This document shows positions 9,589 through 19,952 of a DNA stretch of 43,789 bases, piece by piece. This DNA comes from a virus (lineage: Duplodnaviria; Caudoviricetes): positions 1 to 43,789 of IMG/VR virus record IMGVR_UViG_3300020045_008873; one strand, given 5' to 3'. The position numbers and the translations under genes are program-made. Position 1 is the stretch's first letter; every line of letters starts with the position of its first letter. The notes below the pieces were generated by a model that did no database searches, was not told the DNA's origin, and worked only from the letters and a program-made list of their open reading frames with translations.

Positions 9589-10748
9589 GGGAACTTATGC
9601 CCCTTCTCAACACGCCTATCAAGGCAAACCTGCGAAGCAAGTACCTGTCCATATCTTGCGCCGAATAAACTATTCGCCTGCAATTTTGTTGCCACCGGAA
9701 TAATGCTGCCGCCTATCGTTTCAACCATTGGCCTGTGCCACTGTTCCCACCTATCCAGCGCCCAATAGCTCATCTTTGTCAATTTGCTCATGGTATTGGC
9801 CGCTGCGAATGCGCAGCAAGCTTCAAATAGTTCATTGTCGATATTGTTGTTTACCAGTGGACTGCCTGCCTTATAGTTCACGCGGATAGACTGAGGCAAG
9901 CCGCCGCAGATGTCAGCACATAGCCAACCCATGCGAAAGGCGCTCAGTTCGTTGTCCAGGATGTAACCGGAGTAGGTTTGCAGTACTGTGTTGTTATTGT
10001 CTAGCAGTTCAATGTTGGCACTGGTATCCGTATAGACTCTATAAATGTCAACGGCAGTGACAAAACCTGGGGAGGCGTTGGCAGTGTCTACTACGTTCGG
10101 GCTATTGAAGTTTGGATCATTCGCCACATACTCACGCGCCCATTCGCTCGGCTTCACAAACAGCCAGCGCGGTGCTTTAATCGTCACCGTACCCGCCGCA
10201 TCCGTGATAACCGTTGGTTCAATTTCATAGCGGTAATCGCCAGCAGTCGGAGCGCCATCGGCCACCTGAAAGTACAGTTTGATTTCAGCATTCGCCACCG
10301 CCGTAACCACCGTAATCGTTGCAGTGTCATTTACGCCAATGCTGTTTGGATCGCTATAGGTCACAGCCACCCCCGCCTGAATAAGTGACGTGGCGCGACT
10401 GCCCAATTCAATCATCTTGCACCAGCGTGCTTGATAAATTTGATTGCCGAACGGGCGGCCTAGTTTCGAGAGTGGAATTGTTTCGCTGAAATAAGCAGGG
10501 CATAACCAATAATTGAGGTCATCAGCCATTCGCCCAGCCGCTTGCTCTAATCCGCGTGCAATAAGTTCGCGTTCCTTTTGCAAATAGATTACGCCGCCCT
10601 TATCGTTGGCAGTTTGCACAGGAGCGCCCACGCCCGCGCACTGGTTGAAGTGCCAGGGATCTTCCATAAGCATTGGTTGCCATGCGTTGAGGAAGTGATT
10701 GTTTTGGCCGGGAGATAGATTCGAGGAAACTGATAACGCTATTGCCAT
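9585..10748 (-). CDS. Putative head-tail adaptor / head completion protein
   Basis: 387 aa, PQSIRVNYKAG motif followed by a helix as in gp6-like adaptors. Lies between capsid and neck genes. Confidence 0.55.
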   Translation of the reverse strand: MAIALSVSSNLSPGQNNHFLNAWQPMLMEDPWHFNQCAGVGAPVQTANDKGGVIYLQKERELIARGLEQAAGRMADDLNYWLCPAYFSETIPLSKLGRPFGNQIYQARWCKMIELGSRATSLIQAGVAVTYSDPNSIGVNDTATITVVTAVANAEIKLYFQVADGAPTAGDYRYEIEPTVITDAAGTVTIKAPRWLFVKPSEWAREYVANDPNFNSPNVVDTANASPGFVTAVDIYRVYTDTSANIELLDNNNTVLQTYSGYILDNELSAFRMGWLCADICGGLPQSIRVNYKAGSPLVNNNIDNELFEACCAFAAANTMSKLTKMSYWALDRWEQWHRPMVETIGGSIIPVATKLQANSLFGARYGQVLASQVCLDRRVEKGHKFP

Positions 10749-11231
10749 TTACGGCCTCCACTTCCATTGTAATCGCTTTGCCACATTATATATGGTTGTT
10801 GTGCTTACCCCAAACATAGTCGCTAAATCTCTTGTTTTCACATCTCTTAGGTAATGTTCCCGAATGTAATCTACTTGCTCATTTGTGAGTCTGTGTTGAT
10901 GATGTCCTTCACCTTTTATTCCTCTACCTTTATTATCTCTGTCTTTTGTGTTCTCTTGTGTCGTTCCGAGAAATAAATGCTTTGGGTTACAGCAAGGGGG
11001 ATTGTCACATTTATGGAGTACTTGTAATCCGTCAGGAATATTGCCGTAAGTTATCATCCATGAGAACCGGTGTGTGCGTGTGTGTGAATAAGGGTCTGGT
11101 CTAATGCTCCCATAACCATCTTTGTCTTTCCATCCATGCCATTCCCAACATTTTTCATCATCTGCGGTGATAGCAACTTTAGACCAGAATTTTAGAATAC
11201 GTTGTTCGGGGGTATACTGAGGTCTAGCCAT
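10749..11231 (-). CDS. HNH homing endonuclease (free-standing)
   Basis: CWEW...GYG...HRFSW...VLHKCDNPPCCNPKHLFLGT..EN plus C-terminal HTH. AT-rich. Start moved to ATG 11231 (AAGGA SD, upstream TATAAT and hairpin 11258-11291). Confidence 0.88.
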   Translation of the reverse strand: MARPQYTPEQRILKFWSKVAITADDEKCWEWHGWKDKDGYGSIRPDPYSHTRTHRFSWMITYGNIPDGLQVLHKCDNPPCCNPKHLFLGTTQENTKDRDNKGRGIKGEGHHQHRLTNEQVDYIREHYLRDVKTRDLATMFGVSTTTIYNVAKRLQWKWRP

Positions 11232-11332
11232 TTGTAAATCATCCTTACTTTGGTTAGAACGCGCTTTGATGTGTCTAGCATCAGGCGCGTTTGCTATTTT
11301 ATTTACTCCCTCAATTATACTACATAAGTACC

Positions 11333-11482
11333 TCAGTCGAACCAACCTATTTTCCTTTTCAATTCTACAACACATTTGCACCGTTGGCACAAAGCGCGGT
11401 GTGTCTTATTGTTCGCGAGGTAGAAAACATGGCGGAATGTGTGTCCGAACAGTCGGCAATACAGGCGGCGGATAAGGTTCAT
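11333..11482 (-). CDS. Small Cys/His protein, DUF1660-like (49 aa)
   Basis: Not in the track. MNLIRRLYCRLFGHTF...CQRCKC, ATGA-coupled to the upstream gene. Confidence 0.6.
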   Translation of the reverse strand: MNLIRRLYCRLFGHTFRHVFYLANNKTHRALCQRCKCVVELKRKIGWFD

Positions 11483-11715
11483 AGTGTCTCAAATAATGCT
11501 TGTGACTCTGCCTGCAATCGTTCCTTGCGCCGCTCTAACATTTTTGCAGTGTAGGGCATGACAGCACCAGAGGGGAATGTGATGTAAGTAACTATTGGCT
11601 CACCTGCCATGCAAGGCCAATGAGAGCACACCGGATTGGTGTGCTCCCCTACGCGCTCTAAAGACGGGCGCTGCTTATGCTTCGATTTCAACGCCTTGTG
11701 CCTCGGCAAAGTCAA
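11479..11715 (-). CDS. Hypothetical protein (start uncertain)
   Basis: Fills the gap after the helicase-methylase and is coupled to the next ORF. Confidence 0.4.
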   Translation of the reverse strand: MTLPRHKALKSKHKQRPSLERVGEHTNPVCSHWPCMAGEPIVTYITFPSGAVMPYTAKMLERRKERLQAESQALFETL

Positions 11716-14035
11716 ACAGTGTCGGAGTGTTGGCTAAGTCCTCGGCCTGCTGCAAATAGCGCTGTGCATGTTTCCAGTAGGATTCCTTGAGTTCAATTCC
11801 GATGAACTTGCGTCCCATGCGGATGGCCTCATATCCCTCGGAACCAATGCCCGCAAACGGGGAGAATACCGTATCATCTTTGTTTGTCCATAAGTCGATT
11901 GAGCGGGCAATAACATCCAATTGCAACGGGCAGATGTGCTTCTCATCCTGGCTATCGCGTGCCATCTGGAAGTTCAGCACGTTAGTCTGGTCAATATCAA
12001 ACCACACCGGGGAGGCGTAACGCTGCCATACTGCGATGGAGTAATTGTCATCAACTGACCGCTTGCCGTGTTCCAGTTTCGCCAGTACCGGCGGCTCAGT
12101 GCCAATGTAATCCCCGACTACGCGCTTTTGTTTCACGGGCTTTCCGCCTTCAATCGGCCACTTGCGAAACACCACCATGTAATCAGGCATTCCCTGACGA
12201 CACGCATCGGCAGTGCTGGCAAAGTTCTTATGCAGCAGGCCGTGGTTCTTAGTGCGCTGCATTTCGATTACCGGATCTTTCCAGATGGTCACGCGACTAT
12301 GATACTGCCAGCCGTGCGCCTCGAATGCCTTGATAATCTTGCCGGGGAAGTCTACCAGCCCCGCCGCGCCGTCACGGTTCATATAGGCAGGCAGGTCTTT
12401 GCAGTGCACCGCGCATAACCGGCCCGGTGTGGTCACACGATACAGGTCTTTGATGAGGAACTCGTAATGCTTGAAAAATTCCTCATCATCGGCACTATTG
12501 CCCATGTCCGCTTCACTGTCTGAATAGATGTACAGATTGGCAAACGGGGGCGAGTGAATGCAGAAGTCAATGCTGTTGTCTGGCAAGGTTGCGGTTTCGG
12601 TTACGCAGTCACCCAGGATCATAGTCCAGTCACGGCCGTGCGCCACTTTTGTTTCAGGAATAGATAAACTCATGCGGTTGCTCCCTCTGAATAGGCCATG
12701 TTCATTCATTGCTTCATTCATGGCGGCTTGCATTTCACTGAAACTTTCCTGCTTTTGTTTCAGGATAGTTAAAATGTTTCCTTCAGTTTCAGCATATATC
12801 ATATGCGCGTTGACGGCCTGCTGTTGACCAAACCGATACGAGCGGCGTAAAGCCTGATAGGTCTTTTCGAATGAGTAACTCACTCCCACGAATATCTGAT
12901 TCGGGCAGTGCTGCCAGTTCAATCCAAACCCGGCAATGTCGGGTTTGCTGATAATGACCCTGTACTCCTGATTACTAAACGCCTTGAGTTTAGCCTCTTT
13001 GTACTTATCATCGCCACGCACTTCGGTTGCGCCGGGCAATGCCAGCATGAGCGCGTCGGCTTCATAGTTGGTATCACACCACACGATGTACGGCTCATCT
13101 GGCGCGGCCTCGAATGTTTCCAGCGCCATTGCTACCCGTACATCCAAACTCTCGCGCTTCACTTTGTGCATACCCGTCGACGATGGACTGTCATCAGGCA
13201 TAAGCCGCCCCTCTGCCCATGCCCGGTCAATACTGACTTGTGGCGCAGATAAGCGATGTTCAATGATGTTGAGCGGAGGCAGTTCAAATGAAGGCATATC
13301 GTACTCTGATCCCAAGTCACCGGGCTTAGAGATGCACACTGCCCATGAAGTCAGCCAGCGCCAGAAGTCCTTAGCTGCATGATCTTTCAATCGGTAACTA
13401 CCCGCTTCCATCGTGTCATTAATGAACCAGCGGCTAATCATTTCGTTGGCTGGCAACACGTCCAGGAATGCGGAATGGTTGCCAAGCTCTAGATGATCAT
13501 TCGGGGCAGGGGTAGCAGTGCAGGCCAGTTTGTAAGGGGTGCGCTCAAACGCCTCCATAATGGCGCGTTTGGTCTTACCCATGAACGCCTTGAGAATAGA
13601 ACTTTCATCCAACACAACGCCCACGAACTGACTTGCGTCCATCAGATGCAACCGCTCATAGTTGCAGATGATAATGCGCGTGTCCCCAACTTCATCCTGA
13701 TTGTGAACCTGCTTGACTTCGATCCCCAGCTTCATACCTTCGTCAACAGTTTGGTAGGCCACGGCCAACGGCGCAAGGATTAGCACCTTACCGCCCGTGT
13801 GCATGGCTACCAACCGCGCCCATTCCAGCTGCATGAATGTTTTGCCAAGTCCACATTCGGCAAATATGGCGGCCTTGCCTAAGTGGACTGACCAGCGCAC
13901 AATCGCATTCTGGAACTCGAATAACATGGGGTTGATGTCATCAGGGGAAACGTCAAAACCAGACTGCTGTACAGTCTGTAATTTTGACTTCAGAAACTCT
14001 TGATACTCTGCCGATGCTTTACTCTTCTTTTTCAT
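11675..14035 (-). CDS. SNF2-like helicase fused to an N4/N6 DNA methyltransferase
   Basis: ECGLGKT, LDESS, TATP, GFGLNWQ and QALRRSYRFGQ helicase motifs, then HSPPF and PFAGIGSEG (beta-class order). Start moved to ATG 14035 (AGGAG SD). Confidence 0.88.
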   Translation of the reverse strand: MKKKSKASAEYQEFLKSKLQTVQQSGFDVSPDDINPMLFEFQNAIVRWSVHLGKAAIFAECGLGKTFMQLEWARLVAMHTGGKVLILAPLAVAYQTVDEGMKLGIEVKQVHNQDEVGDTRIIICNYERLHLMDASQFVGVVLDESSILKAFMGKTKRAIMEAFERTPYKLACTATPAPNDHLELGNHSAFLDVLPANEMISRWFINDTMEAGSYRLKDHAAKDFWRWLTSWAVCISKPGDLGSEYDMPSFELPPLNIIEHRLSAPQVSIDRAWAEGRLMPDDSPSSTGMHKVKRESLDVRVAMALETFEAAPDEPYIVWCDTNYEADALMLALPGATEVRGDDKYKEAKLKAFSNQEYRVIISKPDIAGFGLNWQHCPNQIFVGVSYSFEKTYQALRRSYRFGQQQAVNAHMIYAETEGNILTILKQKQESFSEMQAAMNEAMNEHGLFRGSNRMSLSIPETKVAHGRDWTMILGDCVTETATLPDNSIDFCIHSPPFANLYIYSDSEADMGNSADDEEFFKHYEFLIKDLYRVTTPGRLCAVHCKDLPAYMNRDGAAGLVDFPGKIIKAFEAHGWQYHSRVTIWKDPVIEMQRTKNHGLLHKNFASTADACRQGMPDYMVVFRKWPIEGGKPVKQKRVVGDYIGTEPPVLAKLEHGKRSVDDNYSIAVWQRYASPVWFDIDQTNVLNFQMARDSQDEKHICPLQLDVIARSIDLWTNKDDTVFSPFAGIGSEGYEAIRMGRKFIGIELKESYWKHAQRYLQQAEDLANTPTLFDFAEAQGVEIEA

Positions 14036-14066
14036 GGTTGCTCCTGTTGCAATAACTATACTTTTT

Positions 14067-14095
14067 ATTATAGCTAGTATTGCTCCAAAAAGCAA
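14067..14095 (-). promoter_or_regulatory. Sigma70-like promoter for the helicase-methylase
   Basis: TTGCTT-17 nt-TATAAT. Confidence 0.7.
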
Positions 14096-16066
14096 CTATT
14101 CAGTGTGAGCGCGTTCCCAATCATTGGGATAGACTCTCAGTAATTCATCAATGTCGTCTTTGTGCACAAATAGATTATGACCGGGCTGATACTCATACCT
14201 CGTACCTGACACCCAAGCGTTGCCAAGTCCAAAGGCGTAGGGGTTGCGCCCTTTGTAAATGAGTTCAATGCTGTTTTGCATCTGCTCACTTTCGCCCATG
14301 TGCTTCTTAATCAGCGCCATGAGCTTTGTCACCTGTGCATCAAAGCTGTAATGCTCACGAACGAAGGCAGTGCCAGCGGCGGCTATTTCTTGTAGTTTAT
14401 CTATTTCATCACTTGTTGTATTTGCGAACCAATGGCGCAAGTCGTCAATTGACTTCCAGGGGACATAATGTCTATTTGCCCTCAATCCCGTCAGTTCATC
14501 CAGTCCATCCACATGCTGCTGTAGCACCACACCACCGCCCGCCGCGAGTGCCTGGAATAGTCGATTGCTCACGAACCCGCGAGAGGTGAAACCGTTATCT
14601 GATATGATGACCTTAGCTCGCCTGTATAGGAGCGCAGAGGTTGAAAAATTATAGAGGGTGGCGTGGGAATCGCCCGGTGTTTCAACGAGTCCGCCAAACG
14701 ATCTAACGACTTCTGCAATGGACTGTCGCTCTGGACTGCGGAGGCTGGCAAGGTACACAATAGGGAAGGACGATGGGTCACTGTCGAATGGATTAGGCCG
14801 TCCAAGCTCACGGAAGTAATTTGCCACATTTGTTTCTAATTCTCCTTGTGATTCCTCATAACCAATTTGCCAATAATCCCACTTGATGAACTCGCGTTCG
14901 TAAATCGGCACAACGTCAAGGTTCGTAATCAGTTGCAAGTCCACATGGCGCAGGAGCGCTATCATTTCGGGACTGGCAAGGCCGCCCGGTGCCTGGTCGC
15001 CATTCCAGTTAATAATGGTTGCACCCGTGCGCTGTCTGACTTCATGCAACATTTCAGCCGTAAGCGGCTTAGGCGATTGCAACTGAGTGAGGATTAAGTC
15101 GGGACGAAAGGTGTCTACCAAATCCATTAGCTGCACGCGCAGTTGTTTGGCGGGCACATCTAAGTAATCAAACTCTTGCACGATATGGGTAGCACCATAT
15201 TTGTTTTTTCCCCGCGCCAGTGCATCCCGCAACCCGCGCTTGCCATGTACAGGATGCTTTTGCACTGCCCACCCCGGCTCGTAAATAGGCAGGTAGAGAA
15301 TACGGGCGGCGCGTCTGTCCTGCTGTGGCATTTGCGGATCACTCATGACAATTACTCCGTTAGGCCACTGGTCATAAAAGAAGTGGCTATCATTCGACTT
15401 AATCCCTTTGTTACGGTTGATTTCGCGCAGTTCATCATCGGCTACATGATCCTCCACAATGCAACCGGGAACTGCGTCAACGGTGTAACCTTTGTTCCAT
15501 ATTTGAGCGCTGAGTGAATTGTCACCCGCATATACCTGCGCTCCCAACATCTCATCATGCGCACCTAGCCACCAGCCGCATTTGTCGCCTAACCATTTTC
15601 GGAACAAGCCGACTTGTGCATAGATTACGCTGGTGCGGTGTCCATCACGCAAGGCCGCCATGCGCAGGGTCTTGTAATCCTTTGTGGTGAAGAAGTCAGG
15701 TATGGGACGATTGTCTGCGAATGCCACCGCGCCACATTTCATGGTTTGCTCAAGGTGGACAATGGCAGGCATGATGCTGTTTTTCTTGAACGTTATATCA
15801 TCATTCGCCAGCATCACGTAAGTTCCCGTTGCGGCATACGCTCCACGCGTGAAGGCGCTAATCGCACCTAACAACGCCCCGTCCTCAATAAGCCTTATAT
15901 CAGGTTGCGCCTTGCACCATTCAATCGTGCCGTCATTCGACCCACCATCGACGATGACAATCTCATACGTGATACCCGGTAGCAGGTTGTCACGGAATGA
16001 TTGACACATTTCGGTGAGCATCTTGAGACGATTATAGCTGCCTGATACAAGGCTAATGAGAGGCAT
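14096..16066 (-). CDS. Two-domain glycosyltransferase (GT2 plus CgeB/Glyco_trans_1_2-like) with small C-terminal domain
   Basis: VDGGSNDGT and LANDD in the N-terminal half. NWNGD and SNRLFQALAAG in the C-terminal half. Confidence 0.85.
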   Translation of the reverse strand: MPLISLVSGSYNRLKMLTEMCQSFRDNLLPGITYEIVIVDGGSNDGTIEWCKAQPDIRLIEDGALLGAISAFTRGAYAATGTYVMLANDDITFKKNSIMPAIVHLEQTMKCGAVAFADNRPIPDFFTTKDYKTLRMAALRDGHRTSVIYAQVGLFRKWLGDKCGWWLGAHDEMLGAQVYAGDNSLSAQIWNKGYTVDAVPGCIVEDHVADDELREINRNKGIKSNDSHFFYDQWPNGVIVMSDPQMPQQDRRAARILYLPIYEPGWAVQKHPVHGKRGLRDALARGKNKYGATHIVQEFDYLDVPAKQLRVQLMDLVDTFRPDLILTQLQSPKPLTAEMLHEVRQRTGATIINWNGDQAPGGLASPEMIALLRHVDLQLITNLDVVPIYEREFIKWDYWQIGYEESQGELETNVANYFRELGRPNPFDSDPSSFPIVYLASLRSPERQSIAEVVRSFGGLVETPGDSHATLYNFSTSALLYRRAKVIISDNGFTSRGFVSNRLFQALAAGGGVVLQQHVDGLDELTGLRANRHYVPWKSIDDLRHWFANTTSDEIDKLQEIAAAGTAFVREHYSFDAQVTKLMALIKKHMGESEQMQNSIELIYKGRNPYAFGLGNAWVSGTRYEYQPGHNLFVHKDDIDELLRVYPNDWERAHTE

Positions 16067-16069
16067 GAG

Positions 16070-16879
16070 TTACACCTTTGCCGTTCGCTTTTTGCGCGTC
16101 TTTGTAACCTTCACAGGCGGTAAGGTGACACTCTCAATCGGTGCAATGCCCACTGACTGAACACTGTCATCTATCGCCACCTCTTGCCACTCCCCCGGTG
16201 CAACCGTGAGAGCAATGCCACAATCGCTTGGTTCAGGTAGGTACAGTCTGAAATAAGCGTTAGCTTGCGCTAGGCCATCTTGCACCGCTTTGCCCACCGG
16301 CGAGTAAGGCGCTCCGATGCTACCCGGCTGGTAATTGCCATCCCATGAGAACGTTTTAGGCGCGTCATGGTTCACTAAGAACCCGCCCGGTTGCAGCTTG
16401 CGTAAAGCCAATCGGCTCAAGGTGGCGACCAGTTCGGTTTCATGAGACGCATCTTCAAAGATAAACCCTATCGACTGGTCATCTTGTTCGGATAACCAGT
16501 CCTCGCCATTGGCACGTATCAGCGTGACATAGGGGCGCAAGTGGTTTGGGATTAACTCGCCATGCACCGCTTCCAACGTGCCGTTATCCACGCTAATGAC
16601 TTCACCGAATCCGTTGCGCTTAATGGCCGCTGCCAGATGCGACGTGCTGCAACCTGATAGCCCGCCGATCTCTACCACTGTCAACGGTTTCAGGTAGCGA
16701 ATCAGGGCGTAAAGTATCTGGCCTTCAACGCCCCACAGACTACCCATCGGAAAGACGCGCATAGCTTCATTGATGTGATAGCCGCCCAAGTCATCCTCAG
16801 CCGCAAATTCTTGCAGCTCTCGCGGATCTGCTTTTACCTGTGCGGCGACGAGTTGTAAGGTCTCGATAAGTGATGTCAA
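16070..16879 (-). CDS. Class I SAM methyltransferase (Methyltransf_24-like O-methyltransferase)
   Basis: VVEIGGLSGCST, IFEDASH, LQPGGFLVNHD. TTG start at 16879 with AGGAG SD, overlapping the upstream stop. Confidence 0.82.
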   Translation of the reverse strand: MTSLIETLQLVAAQVKADPRELQEFAAEDDLGGYHINEAMRVFPMGSLWGVEGQILYALIRYLKPLTVVEIGGLSGCSTSHLAAAIKRNGFGEVISVDNGTLEAVHGELIPNHLRPYVTLIRANGEDWLSEQDDQSIGFIFEDASHETELVATLSRLALRKLQPGGFLVNHDAPKTFSWDGNYQPGSIGAPYSPVGKAVQDGLAQANAYFRLYLPEPSDCGIALTVAPGEWQEVAIDDSVQSVGIAPIESVTLPPVKVTKTRKKRTAKV

Positions 16880-17640
16880 GATGTTTGCTCCTTTATATGT
16901 TGCACGTTGACGATAGTTTCCCAATTGAGGGGAACTGCCAGGATGTCGGTTTGTTCAGGGTTACTCCACACGTAACCCCATGATTCTAACATCTCAATAA
17001 TCTTATTTGCCGCCAGTCCGAACTGGTCAGCGTTTTGTTGACTGTATTCGGCAATGATAAACGGATGATATTTTTCAATGATATGCGCCGCGCCTTCGAG
17101 TACCAATTGCTCAGCGCCCTCAACATCAATCTTGAGAACCGTTGGCACGATGTCATTTTGCTTGCAAAACCTGTCCAACTTAATCACGCGCACAGGTACA
17201 GCCTCAGTTACTTTGTGATACTCTGGCGTGCCGTTCACAATACTAACGCCCTTTCCACCATCGGCCTTCACCACATGAGCCACACCCGTGCCGTCATAGT
17301 TGCCCACGGCTACCGGATGCGTACTGACTTTGTTCTGTAACCCGTTCAGCTTCACATTCTCATTAAGCACTTGATAGGTGAGGGTTACAGGCTCAAATGC
17401 CCACACGGTTAAGTCAGGATGCAAGGCAGACAGCAGCGTGTAACAACCCGTGCTTGCCCCCACGTCAAGTAGTGTAGCGCGTGGGTAGCGGCTTAATTGC
17501 TCCCATGCCCATGCCAGCGGCGCGGGGGAGTAGGGGCGCAGTGGATCATAATAGAAGCTGCCGCCCAATGTAGCAGTCCTATCGTCAACCAACACCTTGC
17601 GCCCGTCGTTGAGTAAGTCAACTTCAATTGTCACACTCAC
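16876..17640 (-). CDS. FkbM-family methyltransferase
   Basis: LDVGASTG, WAFEP, LKIDVEGAE..VLEGA. Confidence 0.92.
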   Translation of the reverse strand: MSVTIEVDLLNDGRKVLVDDRTATLGGSFYYDPLRPYSPAPLAWAWEQLSRYPRATLLDVGASTGCYTLLSALHPDLTVWAFEPVTLTYQVLNENVKLNGLQNKVSTHPVAVGNYDGTGVAHVVKADGGKGVSIVNGTPEYHKVTEAVPVRVIKLDRFCKQNDIVPTVLKIDVEGAEQLVLEGAAHIIEKYHPFIIAEYSQQNADQFGLAANKIIEMLESWGYVWSNPEQTDILAVPLNWETIVNVQHIKEQTS

Positions 17641-17807
17641 CAGCCCTTCAATCTGTAACCCGTTTCAGGTTGCTGCATATCTTTGATTTCGATCCCGCAA
17701 CGTACACAGTATTTGTCGATTGCCAGCTTCTTATTCGTGTTACAACGTTGGCATATCACGATGCGATTCACCTTGCGCGTTCCCGTGTTGAATGCGACTT
17801 TACCCAT
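17637..17807 (-). CDS. Small zinc-ribbon protein (56 aa)
   Basis: Not in the track. MGKVAFNTG...CQRC...YCVRCG, translationally coupled on both sides. Confidence 0.6.
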   Translation of the reverse strand: MGKVAFNTGTRKVNRIVICQRCNTNKKLAIDKYCVRCGIEIKDMQQPETGYRLKGW

Positions 17808-18049
17808 TAGGGTATTGGCTCCAAGTCACAATACGGAATATCCCATACGATTAAAAATTCCTTTTGTCCGTAGGGGAACTTCACATCAAAACAACCCGGC
17901 GCGTTATTGTAATACTTGCTTGACGAATGGCGATTCATTGGTTCAATGATTTCTCCTATTGTTCCAACTACGCTTTTTGTACCTGAAGAGTAAACTTCAT
18001 CAATATTTACTATCCATTTAACCTTATCACCAATCTCCATTCGTCTCAC
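17807..18049 (-). CDS. Hypothetical SH3/KOW-like small protein
   Basis: MEIGDKVKW...VGTIGEI...FDVKF. AT-rich. Confidence 0.55.
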   Translation of the reverse strand: MRRMEIGDKVKWIVNIDEVYSSGTKSVVGTIGEIIEPMNRHSSSKYYNNAPGCFDVKFPYGQKEFLIVWDIPYCDLEPIP

Positions 18050-18792
18050 GGTATTAGCTCCATATGCCTGTACGGGTGATTGTTCAGCACGCTTGGCAGA
18101 TTCGTCAGATCAATATCCTCGCAATTCCAATAGGACGATCCTATGATATGACAATCGTACTGGCGGTTAGCCATGAATATATCGTCAAACCAGTTGCAAT
18201 CTTTCCTGAACTCGTTTAGGTGTCCATGTGAGGCAACCTTATAGCGCACGACTTCACTGCGCTGGGCATAGCCATAATGCCAAATGCGCTTGTGACTTGG
18301 AAGTGTGACCGCCTCGCCCATTTGCTTCGGGAACATGACGCGAGTAGGATAGGCCGGATCGTGTGCGAACCCGCGATTGAACGCCCTCCACATATGCGTA
18401 AAGGGCAGGCGCAGCGACCTGCACCCGACTGATAACCCGTACTGAACTGCATCCGCCGCCATACCGTCAGCGTAAACCTCGTCGCTGTCCACAATCACAA
18501 TCGCGTCTGCATCAGGCGCATAGTAGTGGATAGAATTGCGCTGCTCATTTTCGTGCAACCAGTCGCCGTAATGCCAATGCAGCTTTGTTCCCGCCGCTTG
18601 CCATGCCAGCGCGTGCAAGTCATTCTCACTATCAGGGCATATCAGTCCAGAGCGTGAGCCGTGCGACGGTTGCGCGGCATATAAAATATGCATTTCGTCA
18701 ACCGAGTCAATCACTGAACGAATGGCATACTCTAAAAAGTCCAACCCGTAATGGAGCGCACAATATGCAATTATAAGAGGTTTACCAGCCAC
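18046..18792 (-). CDS. Glycosyltransferase (GT-A / GT2-like)
   Basis: IVIVDSDE DxD motif, ENEQRN, IWHYGY. Confidence 0.75.
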   Translation of the reverse strand: MAGKPLIIAYCALHYGLDFLEYAIRSVIDSVDEMHILYAAQPSHGSRSGLICPDSENDLHALAWQAAGTKLHWHYGDWLHENEQRNSIHYYAPDADAIVIVDSDEVYADGMAADAVQYGLSVGCRSLRLPFTHMWRAFNRGFAHDPAYPTRVMFPKQMGEAVTLPSHKRIWHYGYAQRSEVVRYKVASHGHLNEFRKDCNWFDDIFMANRQYDCHIIGSSYWNCEDIDLTNLPSVLNNHPYRHMELIP

Positions 18793-18818
18793 GAATTGCC
18801 TCCCATTCCTCTAATGTC

Positions 18819-19373
18819 TTATCGTGTTTCTGAAGATTGCACCGCTGGCAATGGCACAACGCCCGACGCTACAGGCGCGTAAGGGTAGTAAGTACCTGTA
18901 GCGCTGTTAAACGCCCAGAATAGGCTTGTGGAAGGTTCTGTCGGCACTCCAGGGGGTGTGGCTATTGGTTGCCAGCCGCATAATGGGGCAGTCCAGTTGC
19001 TCAATACCATGGTATGAACTGCATAGCCATTCGTGAACGTGACACCGTAAGTCAGCACAGCATCAGTTGAATCCGCTTCCAGATACCATTCATTCTCATG
19101 CAGGCCGGGCGTAGTGGTGAAAGTAGGGGGTGTGCTGATATAGGGTGTAGTGGCAGGCGGGAAGTCAAAGGTGACTACGAACTCTTCCACGCCATTCGAC
19201 ACATAACCAAAGTGAATGCGATAGGTGTTGTCATCAGTCCATTCCATGCAACCGGGAATGAACCAGGTTGCGACGGTGTCCTGTGCGCTGGTAATGCGCG
19301 CGCATACGAACAGCATCCCTAGCAGCCAGAAAACTATAATCGCATAAGCGATACTTGAACGGTCTCTATTCAC
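18819..19373 (-). CDS. Secreted / surface protein
   Basis: GTG 19373 with GGGAGG SD gives a signal peptide ending ...ITSA-QD, then a beta domain (YRIHFGY) and a Pro/Thr-rich tail. Confidence 0.65.
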   Translation of the reverse strand: MNRDRSSIAYAIIVFWLLGMLFVCARITSAQDTVATWFIPGCMEWTDDNTYRIHFGYVSNGVEEFVVTFDFPPATTPYISTPPTFTTTPGLHENEWYLEADSTDAVLTYGVTFTNGYAVHTMVLSNWTAPLCGWQPIATPPGVPTEPSTSLFWAFNSATGTYYPYAPVASGVVPLPAVQSSETR

Positions 19374-19374
19374 T

Positions 19375-19650
19375 TCAATCCTCCCTGATTGTGGAAGCAT
19401 ACATCTTAGGGAACTCAACCCCCATTGACCACAAAAGGCGCTGGCGATCTTCATAAAGAGATTGAAGTTCTTTGCTATCATCACTATTTAGTAAGTTACC
19501 ATTACCAATTATCACCTCATAGTGGTGTATTCCAGCGCTCACAGCGTTCCATTTGGTAATGAGTAACTTCCAAAACTGACGCTCTTTACTCATGTTACCA
19601 GTCCTCTCCCGGTTGGTCGTGTCCACTTGACACCCAACTTCTAGCTTCAT
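19375..19650 (-). CDS. Hypothetical protein
   Basis: Co-oriented ORF tiling the operon. Confidence 0.5.
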   Translation of the reverse strand: MKLEVGCQVDTTNRERTGNMSKERQFWKLLITKWNAVSAGIHHYEVIIGNGNLLNSDDSKELQSLYEDRQRLLWSMGVEFPKMYASTIRED

Positions 19651-19952
19651 AGTACCTCCGCATAATCTTTAGCCAGCTTGTCATATTCAACCTGGCACTT
19701 ACTCCGCAGTTCGTTGTCAGTTGGCAACCGGTCAATGAGGCGCTTCAGGAACTTGAGCCATACACCGACCAGGGTGTATACCTGAGCATAGGACGGGTTA
19801 TCCGTTTCCTTCGTCATACGTTCCAGAGTCATAAACATGGCATAGTCCAAGTGCGGCCAGTCAATACCCGGCAAGCCTAGCAGTAACCCGGCCTCCACTT
19901 TGGTTGCTGCCATAGTTTGCCGCATGTCTCGAAAGGGCAGGCGCTTAGACAT
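19647..19952 (-). CDS. Hypothetical protein
   Basis: Co-oriented, overlapping its neighbours. Confidence 0.55.
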   Translation of the reverse strand: MSKRLPFRDMRQTMAATKVEAGLLLGLPGIDWPHLDYAMFMTLERMTKETDNPSYAQVYTLVGVWLKFLKRLIDRLPTDNELRSKCQVEYDKLAKDYAEVL

